64,000 nt of DNA. Origin: Hypanus sabinus (taxonomy: Eukaryota). The stretch covers positions 91,140,001-91,204,000 of the forward strand of contig NC_082718.1 of the NCBI RefSeq assembly GCF_030144855.1, in the 5' to 3' direction. This document shows, piece after piece, positions 50,338 through 62,199 of this stretch. The notes beneath the pieces are model-generated. The model was given only the letters and a program-made list of their open reading frames with translations, had not been told where the DNA came from and ran no database searches. The translations under genes were made by a program, and so were the position numbers. How positions within the stretch are numbered: the first letter of the stretch is position 1; each line of letters opens with the position of its first letter.

Positions 50338-51700
50338 ATAGTCCCATTGAAAGTGGCTGAAGTTGCAGAGAAAATTGTGTTGGATGCGGAGTCTTGTGGG
50401 GTGGCAGGTGAGGACAAGAGGAAGTCTATCCCTGTAAAAGCATCAGGAAGATGGGATGAAAACAGATGTCTGGGAAATGGAGGAGATGCAGGTGAAGACA
50501 GCATCAATTGTGGAGGAAGGCAATTCTTTGAAAAAGTAGGATATCTCTGATGTCTTGGAAAAGAAAGCCTCATTCTGAGAACAAATGCGATGGAGATGAG
50601 GAAGTGAGAAAAGAGAACGGCATTTTTATATGATACAGGGTAGGAAGAGCTATAATCAAGATAGCCATGGAAGTTGTTAGATTTGTAAAAGATGTCAGTA
50701 GACAGTTTGTCGCTAAAGATGGATACAGAGAGATTGAGAAGGGGCTGGGGTTAGGTGTTTGAAATGGACCAAGTAAATTTAAGGGCAGAGTGAAAGTTGC
50801 AGGCAAAGTTGATGAGCTCAGCATAGATGCATGGAATAGCAACAAAGCAGTCGTCAATGTCATGCAGAAAAGTTGGGGAGTGTTACCAGGAATGGCTTGA
50901 AATATAGACTATTCCACATAGCCAATGAGAAAGCAGGCTTAGCTGAGAACCATATGGATGCTAATGGCTACACCTTGAATTTGGAGAAAGTGGGTGGAGC
51001 TGAAGGAAAAGTTGTTGAGTGCGAGGACCTGTTTGATCAGAAACAAGAGTGTGGTGGTGGTTGTTGAGAAAGAAGCAGAGAGTTTTAAGACCTTCTTGAT
51101 GGGGTATTAAAGGGACTGGACATCCATTGTGAAAATGAGGCAATCAGGGCCATGGAACTAAAAGCTGTTGATGATATTGAGAGCATGATATAGGGGTCAG
51201 TTATGTAATTGGGAAGAGGCTAGTTCAAGGGGGACAGAATGGAGTCAAGGTATGAGTTCAGTGGGACACAGCAGGCAGAAACAAAGGACGTTCCAGGATA
51301 GTCAAGTTTGAGGATCTTGGGTAGGAGATAGAAACGACTAGTTTGGGGTCATGGAACTAGGAGGATGGTAGCAGTGGAAAGGAAATCTCCAGAGTCAATA
51401 AGGTTGGTGTTGATGCAGGAGTCAATGACCTGATGTTCCCAAGTGGGGTCCTTTTCAAGGGGTAGGTAAGAGGTGGAGTCCTTGAGTTGCCACCTGGCTT
51501 CAGCAATGTACAGGACAGCCCGTCACACTATAGCAGCACCACATTTGTCTGCAGGTGTATTGGTGAGGTTGAGATTGGTGCGGAGCGAGTAGCGGGTAGT
51601 GCATTCAGAGGGGCTAAGTTTCAGAGAGGAGAGAGAAGTGCTGAAATTGATATCTCATTGGCAATTAAAGATGGAATGATCCAGAACAGACAGAAAACCA
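50338..51700 (-). mobile_element. Penelope-like element, decayed RT region
   Basis: Minus-strand remnants gacattgacgactgc (xIDD), aactttcactctgcccttaaatttacttggtccatttc (FHSALKFTWSIS), cccttctcaatctc and ttttacaaatctaac match PLE RT. Confidence 0.75.
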
Positions 51701-54563
51701 GATCAGGGTATGCAAGAAGGGGAGGAGGAGGGTTGGAGACTGAAGAGTTCATCAGTGTGGGATGGGGAACCCTTCTCAAAGAAGAGGGCTGGAGACAGAG
51801 GTGACACAGGAAGAACTCAGTGGGTGGCGGGAGTGGAAGTCACTCAGGTGTGGACACCGGGGGTCAAAGGTAAGGCCCTTGCCAGGGACAGTACTGATTG
51901 AATGGGCAGATAAGTTTAATGCAGAGATATATGAAGCAATGGATTTTGGTAGGTGGATTAAAAATAAGCAATGTAGAAAAAAGGATTCTGTTCTGAAAGG
52001 GGTTCAGGAGCAAAGGGATCAATGGGGTAATGAGAGATGGCAAGCAGGGAAATGTGCACAAGCCATCAAAAGCTGGGAAGGCAATGACAAAGGCACTCAC
52101 AGTTCTGGAGTTCATCAACGAGATACAGCGAGATGAAGGCAGGCTAAACCTTTATAAAGCAATGGTCCACTGTCGGCTGGAATATTGTGTTAAATTTTTT
52201 TGGCTGTTTTATAGGAAGAATGTGAAACATTAGAGAGGAGAGATTTATGAGAACAGATCCCAGGATACAAGGATAGATTAAGAGAGGCTAGGTCTGAGAA
52301 ACCCAAGGGAAGATTAGATAAAATGATGAGAGATCTGGACAAAGTAAGTAGTGGGAGGCTGATACACTTGACAGAGGAGTCAAGGACTAAGAGTTACAGG
52401 TATGAAATAAAAAGGAGGAAGATTAAGAGTGACATAAGTAAAAATACAATTTTTGACACAGTATGGGAGCGTGTCATTGGAATCAGGAATGTGCTGTCTG
52501 CACTTGTACTGGAGGTAAGGTCTATTATGGCATTCAGGACAGAATTGGGTAGTTGTACGATGAAAAAGGTTTCCTCCCTCTGTCCAAAGATGTACCGGGC
52601 AGGTGATAATTGGTCATTGTAAAGATTTCCCATGATTATGTTAGGGTTAAGCTAGGTTTGTCAGGGGTTGCTGGGAGGCATGGCTTGCAGAGCTGGAAAG
52701 GCTTATTCTGCATTGCATCTCCAAATAAATAAAATGATATAATATCATTGCAGGGTGTTAGAGAGAGTGCTGGGGTGGGTCTGGAGATTTGGTCTGGCGG
52801 AGATTTAGAATGCACTTGATGGACCAACAGGTCTTTTACTAGGCTGTGACCATTCTATGATTTTAATATTGTTTAAGTACTAATGTTAAGAATATTTTGG
52901 GTGATGGGGGTCCTTTATGATGCATGCAGCCTTTTTGAGGCATTGCATTTTGAAGATGTCCTCAATACTGGGGAGGCTAGTCCCCACAATGGAGCTGGCT
53001 GAGTTTACAACTTTCGGTAGCTTTTTCAGATCCTGTGCCACCAGTAATGGTGGCATTTTTATAGTACTATTACTGGCACCAGTTTTTAATTCTAAATTCA
53101 TTGAATTAATTGAACATAAACGTCTTTGCTGCTGGAGCAGACCCCAGATTCACCCCTCTAGACCAGTCAATGTCAGTCCTGTACCCTTAGTGCTATGTTA
53201 GCACATGAGGGTTTGAATCAGTATCATGACTCTTCAATGAAATAGATTTTTGCACAAAATGTGGTTAAATTTCTATCTACAGAATCATTTAAATGCTTTG
53301 ACATTCCTATGAGGGAAAACTAATGGAAAGGGCATTTATATTAGTTGGTCAAACCACATGAAATCAAAGCTGATCGGTGGCTCAGCTGGAACAACACACA
53401 AAACACAGGAGGAACTCAGAAACCGATTCAGAACCAAAATTGGAATCAGATATGACATCACAGTGCAATATTTAACCTACTGTAAATTACCATAAGAATT
53501 ACATTATGACAAATGGAATTTAAGTGTAAGATGGTCCACTTTGGTAAGACCAATTAGAGTACGTTTTACACAGTGAACAGTAGAGCACTGAGGAGTGTGG
53601 TAGAACAAAGGGATCTGGGAATATTGGTCCATAATTAATTGAATGTGGTGTCACAGGTAGATAGGGTTATAAAGAAAGCTTTTAGCACATTGGCCTCCAT
53701 AAATCATAGTGCAGTAGGGTGGTGGGACAGGTGGCAGAGGAGTGATGGGACGGGGTTAGCACAGGTGCAGACACACCCAGCCACGAGACACCAGGCAAGG
53801 TCATTTTATTCCAAACTATTGGTTTATTGATCATTACATAATCTCTCTCTTTTGCTTCCCACTCCCGCTTTCTCTTTTCCCAGCCATGATTCCCCTCTCC
53901 CTGACCCCTTCCCACACTCAGTCCACAATAGACATTCATATCAGAATCAAGTTTATCATCACTCACATATGTCAGGAATTTTTTTGTGGCAGCAGACAGT
54001 GCAATACATAAAATTACTCCAGTACTGTTCAAAACCCATAGTCGCCCTAGCTATACATATGAGCCTTAGACTTTTGCACAGTACTGTAGAATACAGGGGT
54101 GGATATTAGGAACTTTGGAGGAACAGACGAGAGACTTGGGAGAATGTTTCAACCTGCATCATAACGTTTCCATGACTGTAAGTGCCACAACAAAATGCTG
54201 CTGTTTGCAGGGATCTGGGTGTGGTCACAGCTGAGAGAACAAGAAGTGAACAGCCATACATGCAAATAACTAGGAAGGGAGATGTAATATGATACTTATT
54301 GCATGTGGATAGAGCAGAAAGTTGGGAAGCTTTGCTACAACTGTGTGTTACCACACCTGGACTGTATGAAACTTGGTCTCTTATTTTAAGAAAGGATATT
54401 GTTGCATTGCAGCTAGTTCAGAGTAAGTCGACTGGCTGATTACCAGCATTGAAAGGTTTTGTTTGTTTTCTAGTGCTTTCCCAGTGTATATAGTGAATAA
54501 ACTCCTCCGGGGCCCTAATGTTTTTTCCATTGAAATGTTATTTAAAATCACTTTCTGTACCCG

Positions 54564-55975
54564 TGATGCACCATCAATAACTCTCGGAGGTGGGGGGGGG
54601 GTGAACAATAGGCTATTAGCAGCAATGTGCTAAGTAACCGCTCAGTATGTGCGGTTGGGAGACTGTAGGTCTGACACGGTGGTCAGCAGCACAGGAGCGC
54701 CGCAGGGGACCGTGCTCTCTCCGGTCCTGTTCACCCTGTACACATCAGACTTCCAATATAACTCGGAGTCCTGCCATGTGCAGAAGTTCACTGATGACAC
54801 GGCCATAGTGGGGTGTGTCAGGAATGGTCAGGAGGAAGAGTATAGGAAACTGATACAGGACTTTGTGATATGGTGCAACTCAAACTACCTGCGTCTCAAT
54901 ATCACCAAGACCAAGGAGATGGTGGTGGACTTTAGGAGACCTCGGCCTCATATGGAGCCAGTGATCATTAATGGAGAATATGTGGAGCAGGTTAAGACAT
55001 ACAAGTATCTGGGAGTGCGGTTAGACGAGAAGCTAGACTGGACTGCCAACACAGATGCCCTGTGCAGGAAAGCACAGAGTCGACTGTACTTTGTTTGTAG
55101 TGAGATGCTGAAGATGTTCTATCGGTCAGTTGTGGAGAGCGCCCTCTTCTTTGTGGTGGCTGGGGAGGCAGCATTAAGAAGAGGGACGCCTCACGTCTTA
55201 ATAAGCTGGTAAGGAAGGCGGGCTCTGTCGTGGGCACAGTACTGGAGAGTATGACATTGGTGGCAGAGCAGAGGGCGCTGAGTAGGCTACAGTCAATCAT
55301 GGAAAACCCTGAACATCCTCTGCACAGCACCATCCAGAGACAGAGAAGCAGCTTCAGCGGCAGGTTGCTGTCAATGCAATGCTCCTCAGACAGGATGAAG
55401 AGATCATTACTCCCCAATGCCATTCGGCTCTACAATTCAACCACCAGGGGCAAGACATGTTAAAGTGCCGGGGTTAGGACTGAGCTTAAGTTACCACTCA
55501 ATGCACTTTAGTAACTATTTAAGAACTTTTTAAAAGCTATTTATTAAAGCTTTTTGGAGGGTGATTTTAGATGCATATCATATTTATATTGAGTTAAATA
55601 CTTGTGTAATTAGTTTTGCTACAATAAGTGTATGGAACACTGGAAAAATGTTGAATTTCCCCTTGGGGATGAATAAAGTATCTATCTATCTATCAGAGCA
55701 CGGCATCTTGGACACTGAGGGAGGAGCAGAGCCTCCAATCACCTTTATTCAGGAGTCTGTGGGAGGAGCCACAGGAGCAGTCAGCAGAGGACCGTGTCCA
55801 GACAGGTATATATAGTTTACCACATTCACTCCCCTTTGTTTTAAAAGAGAGTCCCCATGGGGCGAAGTTTCTTACGAGTATATTTACAGGTTAGGTCTAT
55901 CAGGCGGCCGAGTCAGTCGCTGCAATCTACGTAGCACCGGTGGTGATTGCACCAGTGCCAGTGGTTATGCTGCCC
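54564..55975 (-). mobile_element. Gypsy-type LTR retrotransposon 3' remnant (integrase tail, PPT, 3' LTR split by a Rex1 insertion)
   Basis: Minus strand reads PPVLRRLQRLTRPPDRPNL*, then PPT aaaacaaaggggagtgaa, LTR start TGTGGTAAAC (55824) and LTR end gagagttattgatggtgcatCA (54564). Confidence 0.75.
54630..55693 (+). mobile_element. Rex1/Babar-type LINE, 5'-truncated, nested in the Gypsy LTR
   Basis: ORF 54649-55212 has TGAPQGTVLSPVLFTLYTSD and KFTDDT, followed by HPLHS...AIRLYN. Ends aataaag(tatc)n. Confidence 0.9.
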
Positions 55976-56295
55976 CTCGTCCTTTCTTTCTCCCCAGGCC
56001 TCCCGTCCCATGATCCTTTCCCTTCTCCAGTTCTGTATCCCTTTTGCCAATCAACTTTCCAGCTCTTAGCTTCATCCCTCCTCCTCCTGTCTTCTCCTAT
56101 CATTTCGGATCTCCCCCTTCCCCTCCCACTTTCAAATCTCCTACTACCTCCTCTTTCAGTTAATCCTGACAAAGAGTCTCAGCCCGAAACGTCGACAGTG
56201 CTTCTTTCTACAGATGCTGCCTGCCGTGTGGCGTTCTACCAGCATTTTGTGTGTGTTGCTTGAATTTCCAGCATCTGCAGATTTCCTCGTGTTTG
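55976..56295 (+). mobile_element. Penelope-derived short repeat with near-complete hammerhead motif
   Basis: Pyrimidine-rich UTR, then cCTGACAAagagtctcagcccGAAACGTCgac (56165-56196), then the family tail gaatttccagcatctgcagatttcctcgtgttt. Confidence 0.8.
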
Positions 56296-56479
56296 CATGG
56301 ACACCAGTTTGGTTTTGATGATAAAATGATCCTCATTAGCTAAGCTTACCCCACTGCTCTGCTCTCTCCACATTCATGACAGTGTAGGGAAACAAAGTTC
56401 AAACATCATCTTTGAATTTGCCAATCACACCACTGTTGGTATAATCTCAGATAACGACAAGGAGGAAAATCCTTCAAAA

Positions 56480-57003
56480 AATTGTGGGACATGGCCCAGA
56501 CCATCACGGATAAAGCCCTCCCCATCATTGAGCACATCTACACAATGTATGGTTGCAGGAAAGCAGCATCCATCATCCGGGACCTTCTCCATCCAGGACA
56601 TGCTCTCTTCTCGCTGCTGCCGCCAGCAGGAAGAAGGTACAGGAGCCTTAGGACATGCACCTTCAGGTTCAGGAACAGTTATTACCCCTCAACCATCAGG
56701 CTCTTGAACCAGAGGGGATAGCTTCATGCAATCCATCATTGGACATCACTATTCACTCACTTTCAAGGACTCTTCATCTGATATCCTTGATGTCTATTGC
56801 TCATTTATTATTATTATTATTATTATTATTATATTTCGTATCTGTTTTCATTTGTACATTGGTTGTTTATCCGACCTGCTAGGTGCGTTCTTTCATTGAT
56901 TCCGTTGTGTTTCTTGGATTTACTGTATATGCCCGCAAGAAAACGAATCAAACGAAGGGTTGTACATGGAGACTTGATAATACATTTACTTTGAACTTTG
57001 AAC
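56480..57003 (+). mobile_element. Rex1/Babar-type 3' fragment with internal (TTA)n
   Basis: CRKAASIIRDLLHPGHALFSLLP..RRYRSL..RFRNSYYPSTIRLLN, with tail (tttgaac)n. Confidence 0.8.
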
Positions 57004-57607
57004 GCTACTAATATAATCCTATCAGGGATCAACCCTAGTTCAATGAGGAATACCGAAGAACGTGTTCAATGTAGCACACCACATTCTTAAAAATGAGGTG
57101 CCAATCTTGCGAAATCGAAACACGGAACTACCTCAGTGCCAAACAGTATGACTAGACAGAACTAACCTAATTTTACAGCCTTCGGGTCGAGTCCAACACT
57201 TCTATTTGTGAATGATAGGGAACAATTAAACATCTAATAAGGCAATCCAAAAAACACCTTCGTCCATTAAAGTTGCAGGACCCAGCACACGATCGTTGAA
57301 GGTGAATCTTAAATCATTGGCAATGACCCATCCACCTTAAGTTTCTAACAGCCCCACCACCATCGCATGAGACAACTTTAAGCCAATATGCTTCAGTCCA
57401 CTTAATATCATGAGCAACTGAGTGTACAGGAAACTGTAAAGCTATAGGCTCACCACATCTGAAAACAAAAATTAAAAGTATCTGCTTTCCTTTCCAGACC
57501 AGTATCTGATCCCAGAGCCACACCAGTGTCGTAAACTGCCCTCTGAAACAGCCTGGCAGCTCACTGGTGTTTTTATGGATACAATATTCTTTTCTAATGA
57601 CACAGGG

Positions 57608-57740
57608 CTGTCTGGAAATCTGGATCAATATGTACAGAGCGCCGGAGGAACTCAGAGGGTCAGACAGCATTTCGGCCGAGGCCCTTCATCAGGTTTTCCT
57701 CTTGACCCGGCTGAATTCCTCCTGCATTTTGTGTGTGTTG
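57608..57740. mobile_element. Penelope-derived fold-back remnant
   Basis: The left arm (minus) contains cctgatgaagggcctcggccgaaa. The right arm is gacccggctgaattcctcctgcattttgtgtgtgttg. Confidence 0.65.
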
Positions 57741-57878
57741 AAGGCCTTTCTCAAGTCCCAAGAGATGATTAACAAAAAGGTGGAAGATAACATCGCACGG
57801 ACTCGCTGCAAATTATTTTCATTCTACTTTTTAACACCATGCTTGTAAGCAAATGCATTGGATGATTATGATTCATAC

Positions 57879-58023
57879 CATGCTTCTTATTGTCCCGCCA
57901 CTCTCCCGTGTATTCATCCCCGTTCACCGTGTAAACAGTGCTTTTCAATCCGTTTTTCTGCGCGTTCCGATCCCATGCTTTCCAGGGGCTTTCTTTTGGC
58001 TTTCGAGGTCTCAGAAACGGCAT
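57879..58023 (-). CDS. MORN3: MORN3 (MORN repeat-containing protein 3) coding exon 1 (145 nt)
   Basis: MPFLRPRKPKESPWKAWDRNAQKNGLKSTVYTVNGDEYTGEWRDNKKH(G) aligns with the mammalian MORN3 N-terminus. Donor GTATGA. The five exons (145+158+160+185+105 nt) give an intact 250-aa ORF, and the gene neighbours ORAI1 as in human. Confidence 0.95.
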
Positions 58024-58098
58024 TTTGTGTTGATGGGGCTTTCGGTAAGAATTACAGTCTGCACACTCCCGAGGGGGTATGTACGGAAAGATTAGTAT

Positions 58099-58111
58099 GT
58101 TGCCAAGCAAC
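58099..58111. promoter_or_regulatory. RFX X-box, proximal to the MORN3 start
   Basis: GTTGCCAAGCAAC, about 76 bp upstream of the ATG. Confidence 0.75.
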
Positions 58112-58291
58112 AAGCTTGGCTAAATAACTTACAATAATGCTTCCTCGGAAATGGGATTTGAAAGACCTAGCGAACAGTACCGACAATTCATTTCAGCAAC
58201 AACATAAACTCAAGGATCAAAATAGCAGGATATTTGACAACAATCCCAGTTGTTGTCACTGACGCTCCCGTAGGACTATAATGTGCGCTTC

Positions 58292-58305
58292 GTTGCTACG
58301 GCAAC
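58292..58305. promoter_or_regulatory. RFX X-box, distal
   Basis: GTTGCTACGGCAAC is a near-palindromic match to GTTGCCATGGCAAC in a CpG-containing patch. Confidence 0.75.
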
Positions 58306-59818
58306 TGAAATAGGCCGTGCAGCCGGTGCTTTACCATTGTTAGTGTCTTTTCAATTTGTAGGTAAGACATTGAGATAAACATAAAACATTGTGAAATCAA
58401 TGTTGGTTTCATTTAAAAAAGAACGTTGTTTTCAATTAAAAGTGTCGGATGGGCTACGTCATCGATTTGTCATTGTTTTATCCTGGGAAGGTAATCTGAA
58501 AAAATGCCGAGTTTGCAATATGTAGGGTTTCGAAGATTTAACTTCACATTTCATTTTGTTTTACGTTAAAACATTCCAAATAGTGCATTGTTTGGACGAG
58601 TAGATGAGGAGTTTTGACCTTCAGGTTTACAGAATTGTCTTACTATTTAATGCTGAGCTTTTTTTGTGGGCAAGAGAATCGTGTTACACTTTATTATTCT
58701 TATTGAACTTTACTATCATCGAGTCGATAGTCTCTTAACAGGTGATGTAGCATTCGTCTTAAGAAGTCTTTAGGTCTCCCACTGCCAAGGGGAAAATATG
58801 TTCATAACAATGTAGTACGTTAATTTTAATATCTCGGCAAAATACATATATGCGTGTGGTAAATATGTAAGATATTCAAGGTACATGGGATGTGTTTTAG
58901 CCGGGTAAATTTCTGCTGTTGATGCTTGATAACTCATTAGTGGTATCCGTGAATCAATATGTTGTATTTAAACATAATCCATAAGCAATTTTTTTAAAGG
59001 GAAAATGATGCGATTTCTTATATTAATTACAAGCCTAGATTATAAATGCATGGAGGAATATCTATAAACAACAACTCCCAATTATAAAACACATTTAACG
59101 TGGCAGAAGTTTTCTCATACATTTATATAGAAGAGTTTCTAACAAGAAAAGCAACAAGTTTCAGAAGATTATATTAAGATATTTGATGAACTGACTGGCC
59201 AAAGAGTTTGGTTTTAGTGAGTTTTTTCCCCCAAGGAGTGAAAAAGTGACAGAGATGCATAGCTTAAGGCATTGACAACACAAGTATTTTGGAAACTTGC
59301 CTAGGTGAAAGGGGACAAGCTAAGCTGGAGTGAGCTAATGGAAGAATTTGAAAAAATATAGGAATTTTCAAAACATTGCTCAGCAAACCATTAAGATAAT
59401 GAGTTAACAGAGATAAACTGATAATAATAATAATAGATAACACATTCCATTGTGTGTTTCAATGTACATAAAGCTAATAAAATCTTGAAGTGGGAAGTAT
59501 GAGCAGAAGGGCTTACATAAATTAAGATTATGGAGACTAAACAGATGAAGTTAGGATGTTAATGAAGGTTCTAGCAGCAGATTAGTATTATAAGGTGAGA
59601 TGTCAAAAGCTGCTGTTAGAAATGGTAAAATTTAAAGTTCAAATGACAAGAATGTGGCAGTTTTCATTTTAGATGGAATGGAATTTGTGACAGGGACCAT
59701 TGGCTTTGTATTGGAGGAAATCCCTGTTTATCTTGTATTGGATGTGGACAATATCATCTAACAGCATAGAGAACAGATAAGGTGGTAAACCTGGATGGCT
59801 CAGGTGTAAATGCGTAAA

Positions 59819-59977
59819 CAACACATGCAAAATGCTGGTGAAACGCAGCAGGCCAGGCAGCATCTATAGGAAGAAGTACAGACCTGTAGATGCTGCCTGG
59901 CCTGCTGCGTTTCACCAGCATTTTGTGTGTGTTGCTTGAATTTCCAGCATCTGCAGATTTCCTCGTGTTTGCGTTTT
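59819..59977. mobile_element. Penelope-derived fold-back (near-perfect ~50-bp hairpin) with 12-bp TSD
   Basis: caaaatgctggtgaaacgcagcaggccaggcagcatcta pairs perfectly with tagatgctgcctggcctgctgcgtttcaccagcattttg. TSD taaatgcgtaaa (59807-59818) / taaatgtgtaaa (59978-59989). Confidence 0.88.
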
Positions 59978-61169
59978 TAAATGTGTAAAGTTGTATTTTC
60001 AGATAATGTTGCTGAGGGTCAGCATGTAGAATGGGCAACAGAAATGAGGCAAAGATTGATCCTTGGAGACATCAGAAGCAAGGTTGCAGCTATGGGAAAG
60101 GAAGCCATTTTGTATCTCAGATTAGAACCAGGCAAAGATGAGACCAGATAAGTGTGAAGTCTCATTTCAGCTGGATAACAATAAAGAGGCTTCAGAAGAC
60201 TATGGTGCATCTACCTGTTCAAAGGCACTCTGTTGACTCAGAAGTACATGGAGAAAAATAAATTGCAATCTCAGAACAGTTCAGTACTGTGGCGGGAGTA
60301 CACACCACTGATAAGAGGGATTCACGAAAAAGTCTGATTAAGATAAACATGTCAAGGATTGATTAGCGGTAAACCGCCGGGTATTGCCACTGAATATGGG
60401 GGAGTGTAGACATTTTGCTGAGGGTGGTGAATATCAGAAGTTCTCTGTCCCAAGGGGTGGTGAAACCTAGATCATTAGAAGTCTTTAAAGTGCAGGTAGA
60501 AGATTGGGGAATTGACATGAGTTGTGAACAGTGTAAATAAGCAATGAACATATTAAATGACAGGGTAGGATTGAGGTGCCAGGTGAATTACGCCTATTTC
60601 CTTGCGATATTGCAAAGGGGAGATAGTTCGAAATGTTTTGAAAGCATATAAGGTTTTTTAAAAATATTTGGCTTGAAGGAGAGTGAAGTGGTTATTTGAA
60701 AACATACCAAAACCGATGAGAGTCTGAGCCAGGGTAACCACACTGTATGATGCGCTCCCAAATACTGAAGTTCCAAATCAACCAAGGTATGTCGAATCCT
60801 TTGTTATAAAACCAGCAACTTTATAGCGTTTTTAAAAAACTAACAAAACTAAATTAACGATATAGTGATCTTAGCGTACAAATTAGCGATATTACTAAGC
60901 ATTCTAAATGGCAATCAAATACTGTAGCATAATTGGCAGTCAAATTAAATTAATGTTCAATTAACGAAGTTGGCATATTTACGTGTTATCAGACTTAGCG
61001 TTCTCTGCATATTTAAGTGGTCAACAAAAAATACCATTCCTGTGCCTCAGCCTCTCTCCACCAGACTAAATTAAACAATGAAGGCAAAGAGTGAATACGT
61101 AACTATACTAATTTGCTTCTATCACGCACCGACCCATGTGATAGATTACCATAATAAACGTGTCACTAG

Positions 61170-61935
61170 TTGGTTTGTTACCCAAAAAACACTCGAAAAC
61201 TTCTACAGACATATCATGGAGAGCATTCTGACTGGCTGCATCACCATCTGGCATGGAGGGGTGGTCGGGGTCATGCACTCTTCTCATTGTTACCATCATG
61301 AAGGAGGTTCAGAAGCCTGAAGGCACACGCTCCGATTCAGGAATAGCTTCTTCCTCTCTGCCATCCGATTTCTAAATGCACATTAAACCTTGTGGTGTTG
61401 TACCTCACTACTTCTTTTATTTCTGTGTTGTTTTTCAGACAGACATACCTTATTGATCCCGAGGGAAATTGGGTTTCGTTACAGCCGCACCAACCAAGAA
61501 TAGTGAAGAAATATAGCAATATAAAACCATAAATAATTAAATAATAATAAGTTAGTCATGCCAAGTGGAAATAAGTCCAGGACCAGCCTATTGGCTCAGG
61601 GTGTCTGACACACAAAGGGAGGAGTTGTAAAGTTTGATGGCCACAGGTAGGAATGACTTCTTATGACGCTCAGTGTTACATCTCGGTGGAATGAGTCTCT
61701 GGCTGAATGTACTCCTGTGCCTAACCAGTACACTATGGAGTGGATGGGAGTCACTACTTATTGTAGTGGATGGGAGTAGTTGCACTACTTATTTTAATAT
61801 GTATATTTACTATACATGTATAGTTACTATAATTCATTATTTTCTATATTTATCATGTATTGCATTGTACTGCTGCAACAAAGTTAACAAATTTCTTGGT
61901 ATGCTGTATGCTGCTGATTTAAACCTGATTCTAAT
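61170..61935. mobile_element. Two Rex1/Babar 3' fragments, the minus-strand one (~61437-61752) nested in the plus-strand one
   Basis: Plus strand gives LENFYRHIMESILTGCITIWHG. Minus strand gives SHPLHSVL...CNTERHKKSFLPVAIKLYN with a (tctg)n tail. Confidence 0.75.
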
Positions 61936-62199
61936 TCAAAGTACAATGCAGACAGGAAGAAAATAGATACATGGCTCCTATATTCCAGTCCCTTCATTAT
62001 TACACTATAATTACAAAAATACTAAATTACTGAAATAGGATACATGAAATCTTCAACGACAAAAATCTTAACATTTATACAAGTGTCCTCTTTTTTTCTT
62101 CTTCCAGTCAAGTCATGTAACAGTCATCTAGGCCAGAGGTTGCCAGCACTTAGCCAAGTACTGAGCAATCTTTACCGCCACTCTCTGTCAAGTCAAAGT

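Noticed and set aside
60003-60151. Plus-strand candidate exon of a neighbouring gene such as TMEM120B
   Set aside because: An acceptor-like site is followed by about 48 open codons, but I see no recognisable similarity and no donor before the stop.
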